DNA from: the human T2T-CHM13v2.0 reference genome, Homo sapiens | Strand: one strand, 5' to 3' | Length of the DNA stretch: 64,000 bases | Assembly: GCF_009914755.1 (NCBI RefSeq) | Contig: NC_060928.1 | Shown: piece by piece, positions 59,148-64,000 of the stretch | Position numbering within the stretch: the stretch's first letter is position 1 | Layout: the number at the start of each line of letters is the position of its first letter | Translations under genes and position numbers: made by a program | The notes under the pieces: model-generated | Seen by the model: the letters and a program-made list of their open reading frames with translations, nothing else | Database searches by the model: none | What the model was told of the DNA's origin: nothing

Positions 59148-59660
59148 TAGTAATCAGCTGGGGTTGCCATAACAAAATAAAAGCCACCCAAAATGGGTGG
59201 CTTTAATGACAGAAATTTACTTTCTCAAAGTTTAGGAAGCTAAAAGTCCAGGATGAAGGTGTCAGTACAACGGGGTTCTTGTAAGCTCTCTCTTCTTGAC
59301 TTGCAGATGGCTGCCTTCTTGTCTCTGTGGTCTCTGAAAGAGAGATATCTGGTGTCTCTTCTTTTTCTTAGAAGGACATCGATCCTATTGGTCGGAGTCC
59401 CATTCTTATGACTTAATTTACTCTTAATGATCTCTTTAAAGGTCTTATCTCTAACCTGGCTGTGGTGGTGCACACCTATAATCCCAGAGACTGAGGCAGA
59501 AAAATTGCTTAAGCCTAGGTTGAGACTGGCCTGGGCAATAAGCAAGACCCCATCTCAAAAACAGAATGAAAGTTTTAAAAGGCCCTATTTCCAAATAGTT
59601 TCATTGAAGGTTAGAGCTTCAAAACATGGGTTTTGGGGGGACAGAATTCAACCCAAAGCA
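59148..59660 (-). mobile_element. MLT1A-type LTR hosting an Alu monomer
   Basis: gccataacaaaa...acagaaatttactttctca...gacttgcagatggctgcctt...ggggggacagaattcaaccc. Confidence 0.87.
59456..59575 (+). mobile_element. Old Alu monomer (FLAM/FRAM-like) with deletions
   Basis: gtggtggtgcacacctataatcccag...gcctgggcaata...agaccccatctcaaaaa; degenerate TSD AAAGGTCTTATCTCTAA / AAAGGCCCTATTTCCAA. Confidence 0.8.
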
Positions 59661-59869
59661 AATGATAAATATTGATTAGTAATTATTAATCAGTCATATG
59701 CACAGAGCACTCATATTGTCCAATTAAATTACTAATACTAGCTAATATTGTGTAGATTAACTGAATTAATAAAATAAGCCAATTGAAACTTAGCAGAAAA
59801 CATCTCATTTTATGCCATAGGCAAATAAAACAGGAGACACTTTACAGAATTTTTTTAGAGCCAAATAAA

Positions 59870-60035
59870 TTAGTCTGAAATCCCAGTTCTGCCACTCATT
59901 AGCTATAAGGACTTGGGCAAGCAGCTTAACCATTTTGAACCCCAGATCTTCTTTATGGGTTAGTTAAGGATTGAAATAAAGTACTTTATATTAAGTGTTC
60001 AGTGCCTGACATACATTATACACTCAGTAAATGGA
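59870..60035 (+). mobile_element. MIR SINE
   Basis: aatcccagttctgccactcattagct...cttgggcaag...cagtgcctgacata. Confidence 0.78.
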
Positions 60036-62689
60036 AATTAATATTATGAATTATCATTTCTATTATGCCAATGTAAATATCAAAATTGAACTAACTTCAT
60101 TAGCAAGTGGACATCTGTCAGACTTCTATGGTACATTAAGTGTTTTGTATGCTTCTTACTTTCAAGTAGAAATTTTCCTGGTCTGCACTGGGGTTATAAT
60201 TCAATGTCAATGTTTTTCTCTCTGGTGATAACCAAAGCTCTCAAAGAGCTTAGTAACTTGCCTCAGGCACAGAGACAGGCAAAGGGCACGTTTCCCACAT
60301 AGTCCCAGGTGTCTTCTTGAGAAAAAAGTACCAGTCAGTGGTTACCACAGAGCAAGTGATTTTGATGGGTCTTTGATTATGATACCTTATATCATCTTGG
60401 TTATACACCAGGGGCACGAGTATCATTCTTAGGTCAAAAATACTACCTCAAACCACAGAGCAGCATTTGCTTATAAATAAGAGTGAAGATGGAAGTTTTG
60501 TTTTCAGATATAAACCTTTCATTTCTTGGCCACACTGTCTTCAGTGTATTTTGGGCCTTATGAGCAAAGCAGTAGAAGATTTTGTTGTGATTATTTTTTA
60601 AATTACTACTCCTTACAGAGCTTTTGACATTTATAAGCAATTCAGTTCTTTCCTAAACCTGATTTTATAGATTTTTCTAGGTTTGGCACGGCCCTTGCTT
60701 CTTGGCACAGCAGTATGTTACTATTTTTAAAGATGAGCATGACAGTGTAGATAATGAAATGGAAACGTAGAGCCAAAACAAAGTTTGGATTCAACTGGAA
60801 GAACCAAGAGGTTGACATTCAAATGTCAATGGATTCCCCTAACTCATCTTTCATGTGCTTGTTTATTTATTTATTTGCATTTTAAGATTTACTTTAAAGT
60901 CTGGGTTGCTATCACATTAAGCAATATCAATTTAATTTCTATCACAGTGAATATTAACAAGTGCTTTTATTATAATTTCAGTTGCCTCCTAATGATTTTA
61001 TCCTTGAAAGTAGCTTTTATTTTATGCTGTTCAAGTACTTATCTCCAGTCATCCTTCCTCTTCATAAAACACTTAAGAACAGGAGAGATTGTAAAACCTT
61101 TTATTAGATAAAAGGATGGTAGCTGTTATTACATAAAATTCAAGAAAATATTTTAATTTCTCATTTGCTGTTACAGTCTTGATATCCATATTTGATTTTT
61201 CTGAAGTTAAACTTCATCTCAGCTTAATCCCTCCAAGTGGCATGATTATTTTAATACCTTACTTGATAATACTCCCATAGCCATATTTTTCCTCTCCTAA
61301 ACCTGAAAAGGTTAACAGTTGCATCTGAAGGTTTACCTGTTTCACACTCAGGCAATTTAGTTTCTAAAAAGAGAGAATTAAGTATCAGATCCTTTCAAAA
61401 TGTATGCAGTACAATTTTGGCTGGTCATTTTTGAGAGACCAAGAAAAATGCTGTCAGCCATAATGCTAAATTTGGAAGTGCAATGTCGTGCCAGCAAGTA
61501 TTTTAGCAAGGCTGATGCTATACTTGGGAATTTGTCAAGTACATCAGTAATATTTCATAGCACATTTGGCTGTGTGCAAAGTTGATACAGAATTTACTCT
61601 TCATTCTCACTATGAGAAATACCACACATTTATAAATGTATTAGGGTGACTTCCTTCATTCTGTTCTTCTGTTTATTTTTAGGGTGCTTATTAAGGAAGT
61701 ACCTAAGCTTCTTTTAAAATGTCATATCTTCACTAATGTCATGTGATTTTATTCACCCACAGAAACTTAAGTTGTATTCAGATAACTAATGGAAAAATAA
61801 ATAATTTAATCTGGACACTTGGACAGCTAATCTTGTTGGGTAACCCAGCTATAGTCTGGTGCAATGAAGATATTCTCCAGTTGGCTAGCTGTGAAACCCA
61901 CTCAACTCCCTCTCTCCTGTCACCAGCTATTACTCTTCCAGAGCCTTCGGTGAGGACAATGGCAAATGCGCAAGGCTAATTGATTATGTCTGTGGTGAAA
62001 ATATACCCACTGGGGAAGACTTTCTACTGCTTGTAAAGACTCAAAATTCTGGAGCTCAGAAGGACCTTGGAAAAACAATTCTGACTTCTTGGAGAATTTC
62101 TTGCAGCAAAAGGCACTGAGTCTCAGAAGAGTCAAGACTTGACTTGTCAGACACAACCCTCATCTAGGAACCCCAACAAGTCAAGTCTCAGATTGACTGA
62201 GGCATGACCTAGTTGTCATGTGTTGCCATTGCATCCTGGTACCTCTTGCCCCAAACAGGTTATTTTTATTCCTACATTGATAAAGTGCTATGATAATTTG
62301 TGGGTGTTTGTTGATGCTTAGCCTTTTGTGTTTTGACACTAACGATTGAAAAGAGAAGAGTGGTAGTCCAAGCTACCTTCCACAGATGAAGAGACTTCAG
62401 TTTTGGAGAAGAGATTACCTTGTAAGGGGAGGCCATTTTGTCCCCCTTAATAACCAGAAGTCTTAGATCAGAGGCCTCAGACACCATCCTCATCTAGGAA
62501 CCCCCAAAATGACGTCAGGACACTCCCTAACATGCTCAATTTGGATACCAGGAAAGCAGGATGGGGGGTCCTGACTGCCCAGTCCAAGAGTGGCAAGGAG
62601 GAGGTGACAGCATTCAGCTGTTGGCCAGGCAGCTAGGCCCTTCCAAGTCACTTTCACTACTAATATTGGTGATTAACATTTTTTGGTGC

Positions 62690-62850
62690 ACTTTACACAT
62701 TTTAAGCCCTAACACAACCCCATGATCACTGTCATTCTTATTTCACAGAGAACTGAATAACGTGTCCAAAGTCATACAGCATGTAGAGACAGACATCAGA
62801 AATTGAAATGCGGAAAGCCCAATTTCTGAGCCCAAGCTTTTAACTGTTTC
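62690..62850 (-). mobile_element. MIR SINE
   Basis: caaccccatga...atttcacagagaactga...tccaaagtcatacagc. Confidence 0.6.
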
Positions 62851-63190
62851 TCCACCCCTTGCCTCCTCCCTACAGAATTTAGTGGCATCAAAGGTCATGT
62901 TCTAAGTAACAGCGATGAATATCTTTTATGTTTTGGCATCTCTCATAATAGGGAAAGAAGTCTTTCATATGTTTATTTCAAAATTATGAGAACACTTTTA
63001 ACTAAACAAACTACTTCTTTTATAACTTTATAAAATTTAGGCAAATCCTCAGTTTACAGTACATTATAATCATTGGTCCATGTAGGAATCCATCTTTTAC
63101 TTAACAAGTTTAAGATTCTATAATGACTATATGGGGGCCTATCACTCAATTTAAGAACTAGGATGTTACCACTAATTTATAACTACATGG

Positions 63191-63330
63191 GCTCAGCTAA
63201 TTTTTACATGTTTTTGTAGAGATGAGGTCTCACTGTGTTGCCCAGGCTGGTCTTGAAATCCTGGGCTCAAGCAATCCTCCTGCCTTGGCCTCCCAAAGTG
63301 TGGGATTACAGGCCTGAGCCACCGGGCCCC
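63191..63330 (-). mobile_element. AluJ left arm (partial Alu)
   Basis: gctaatttttac...gtagagatgaggtctcactgtgttgcccaggctgg...gagccacc; right arm absent. Confidence 0.88.
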
Positions 63331-63334
63331 TCCG

Positions 63335-64000
63335 AGAGTAATAATCGCTACCTCGAATGTTATTTATTTTGTTTTTAGAAAGTGTTTTTATCATATATAT
63401 GATAAAATATCTTAAATCTTACATCTTTTTGAGGTTTAAATAATATATTGTGTGTAATCTTACAGTAATGGATGTATGGATATAGCTGTAGTTCATTCAT
63501 TTTTACTTCTGAAAAAATTTAATTCTAAACATACTAAAATTTATTTATCCGCTCTAATGATGGATATCTGGGTTATTTCCAGGTTTTAATGTTTTACTAA
63601 TATGGTGATATAAATATCCTTGCAGTCTTCTGGTGCACATATGTCTCCCTAGGTATAAACCTAGTAGGACAGGCACTGCTAGGTTGAGAATATGCAAATA
63701 TTAAAATTTACAGGATAATGCCACACGTGTTTTCAAAGTGGTTGTACCAATTTATACTCACACTAATAATATATAATTAATACTAACAATTAAATGGTAG
63801 ATCATTAAGCTTAAATTTAAATTTCTTTAATTTCTAATATTGGTTCTATGCATTTACTTTTAGAATAAATATTCCGATCTTTCCCATTCTTCTACTTTTT
63901 TTTTCTTTTTGCCTTTTTTCTTATTCATTTGTAGGAATTCAGTATATAGTCTATAGCAGTTATCCTTTGATGGTTATTTGTATCGCAAAATTATTATAGC
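63335..64000 (-). mobile_element. Old L1M (L1ME-like) fragment
   Basis: gatggatatctgggttatttccagg...ttttcaaagtggttgtaccaatttatactc. Confidence 0.8.

Noticed and set aside
59180-59204. Rho-independent terminator-like hairpin
   Set aside because: It lies inside a mammalian MaLR LTR, where bacterial terminators are irrelevant.

Overview
AT-rich, CpG-depleted primate (most likely human) nuclear DNA, intergenic or deep-intronic. There is no recognisable intact protein-coding gene, RNA gene, CRISPR array or CpG-island promoter, and the supplied ORFs are Alu/L1/LTR-derived or chance. Much of the window is interspersed repeat: about 14 Alu/Alu-monomer copies (several with clear target-site duplications, TSDs), a twin-primed 5'-inverted L1PA, old L1M/L2/MIR fragments, MLT LTRs, MER33/MER46C DNA-transposon relics and ERVL-class internal remnants, including a two-LTR provirus relic nested in an L2. 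The most notable features are apparent DNA-repair or template-switch scars (a TSD-less L1 fragment fused to an (ACCATR)n filler, a TSD-less 398-bp insert in an LTR, perfected palindromes and hairpins), a trimeric Alu, plus-strand candidate exons (possible lncRNA or decayed gene) and enhancer-like segments. I do not find evidence for a novel biological system. Repeat subfamily names come from recalled consensus sequences, and boundaries of old repeats are approximate.
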